A stretch of 63,899 nt of DNA, the filler included, from Octopus bimaculoides (taxonomy: Eukaryota): assembly GCF_001194135.2 (NCBI RefSeq). It is 7 parts of 6 records of this genome, joined end to end, with 100 filler letters (N's around TTAATTAATTAA, not from the genome) between each part and the next. Parts side by side here need not be neighbours in the genome. Positions count along the whole stretch, not along the records: positions 62,726 to 63,899 come from NW_026397084.1; 6 more parts are not named here. One strand, written 5' to 3'. The notes under the pieces are model-generated. The model did no database searches. It was not told where the DNA came from and saw only the letters and a list, made by a program, of their open reading frames with translations. Shown here in pieces: positions 62,626 through 63,899 of this stretch (the stretch's first letter is position 1; every line of letters begins with the position of its first letter). Made by a program: the position numbers and the translations under genes.

Positions 62626-63899
62626 NNNNNNNNNNNNNNNNNNNNNNNNNNNNNNNNNNNNNNNNNNNNTTAATTAATTAANNNNNNNNNNNNNNNNNNN
62701 NNNNNNNNNNNNNNNNNNNNNNNNNAAAAGGAATATATACTTATATACACTTATATACAATATATACTTATATACACACACACACATATATATATATACA
62801 CACACATATATATATACACATGTATATGTAGTGGCTTCATGCAGGCATAATGTGGATTCAATCCTCGATCACCAAATTTCACTTAACAGCACTTTTTCAC
62901 AGTAAAACAATAGTTTTTCTGTGAGTGACAGCAGTTACATTTGCCAGATGCCTTCACTAAGCAGAATAATGTCTTTGCCACTCAACCCTTCTAACCTCTT
63001 CTAGGCCACCAAAAGCTAGAATAGAGATAACAGACAGTCAACGAAATTTATTGTTCTTGACAATATGTCTATGCTTCTAGCTGGTTTTAGATAGTTATAA
63101 AAACAAGAACTCCATAAGCCAAAGTCTTTGAAGGAAAAGGTACAAAGGGACAACTATGGTAACTCACCAACGTAACTCACTTTCTTTTCTCTTTAACATT
63201 ACCATATCTCTCTCTATATATATACTACCATGAGATCATGTACACATATACAAACCAAAATTAACTTCTTTACATTACACGCTTTACGAATTGTATTATT
63301 CTATTACACTAACCTACCCATTGTGGTACGGCATTATATTAAAGTAATGGTAAATAAATATTTGGTTAATGCTGACATTATTACCCAGAAACTAAATCAC
63401 AAAAAAAAAGTGCAATGGGTGTAGGAAACGAATATAAAAACAAAAATGCCAGGAAAGCAACACGGGTGGGGAGAGGCCTTCAGAAAATTCACAAGATCCA
63501 ATGTTCTTCCCTCATAACTTTTAGGAAAAAGGGTTTTTTAAAATGAAATTTTATATCAAGAAATTTGTGTGGAAAATTTTTTCCAAGGGGTGGGGAGAGA
63601 ACTTTCAAAAATTCACACGATCTGATATGTTTCCATCGTAACATTGCAGAAAATCAATATCTTTCTACTTCACACCAGCATAGGAAACAAATCTGAAATA
63701 AAAAATGTGCGGAAATCAATGGGGGGTGGGAGATATATATGTGTATATCCATATATATGTATATAGATATATATGTATATACATATATATATGTATATAC
63801 AGCCACACATATATATATTTATATATACATATAAATGTATATATATTTATATATGTATATACATATATATGTATATATGTATGTGTGTGTATATATATA

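Noticed and set aside
101-63424. Most ORFs in the supplied track (poly-VC, YI, HT, LS, ER and X-filled)
   Set aside because: They are read-through of microsatellites, low-complexity tracts or N gaps.

Overview
Repeat-dense, AT-rich animal genomic DNA. The SINE families and microsatellite load suggest an octopus or other cephalopod, which is an inference. The window is built from seven scaffold pieces joined by artificial 100-nt spacers (N44-TTAATTAATTAA-N44) and has many N gaps. The only host gene I can support is the 3' part of an ACP6-like histidine acid phosphatase: six phase-compatible GT-AG exons on + at 21475-26521. Its RHGxRxP exon is not visible. The rest is mostly decayed mobile DNA: Tc1 and mariner transposons, a Helitron fragment, CR1- and RTE-like LINE pieces, tRNA-derived SINEs, MITEs and simple repeats. 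Almost all ORFs in the supplied track are microsatellite or N artefacts. The most interesting signal is a set of minimal type I hammerhead ribozyme motifs from several unrelated repeat families. Three have an intact core (54311-54345 -, 57947-57982 -, 58979-59040 +), and several are variant or decayed. One sits inside a tRNA-headed SINE and one lies next to a perfect 118-bp inverted repeat. This points to a Penelope-like or retrozyme-type layer of self-cleaving RNA elements. No ribozyme activity has been tested; these are sequence and structure calls only.
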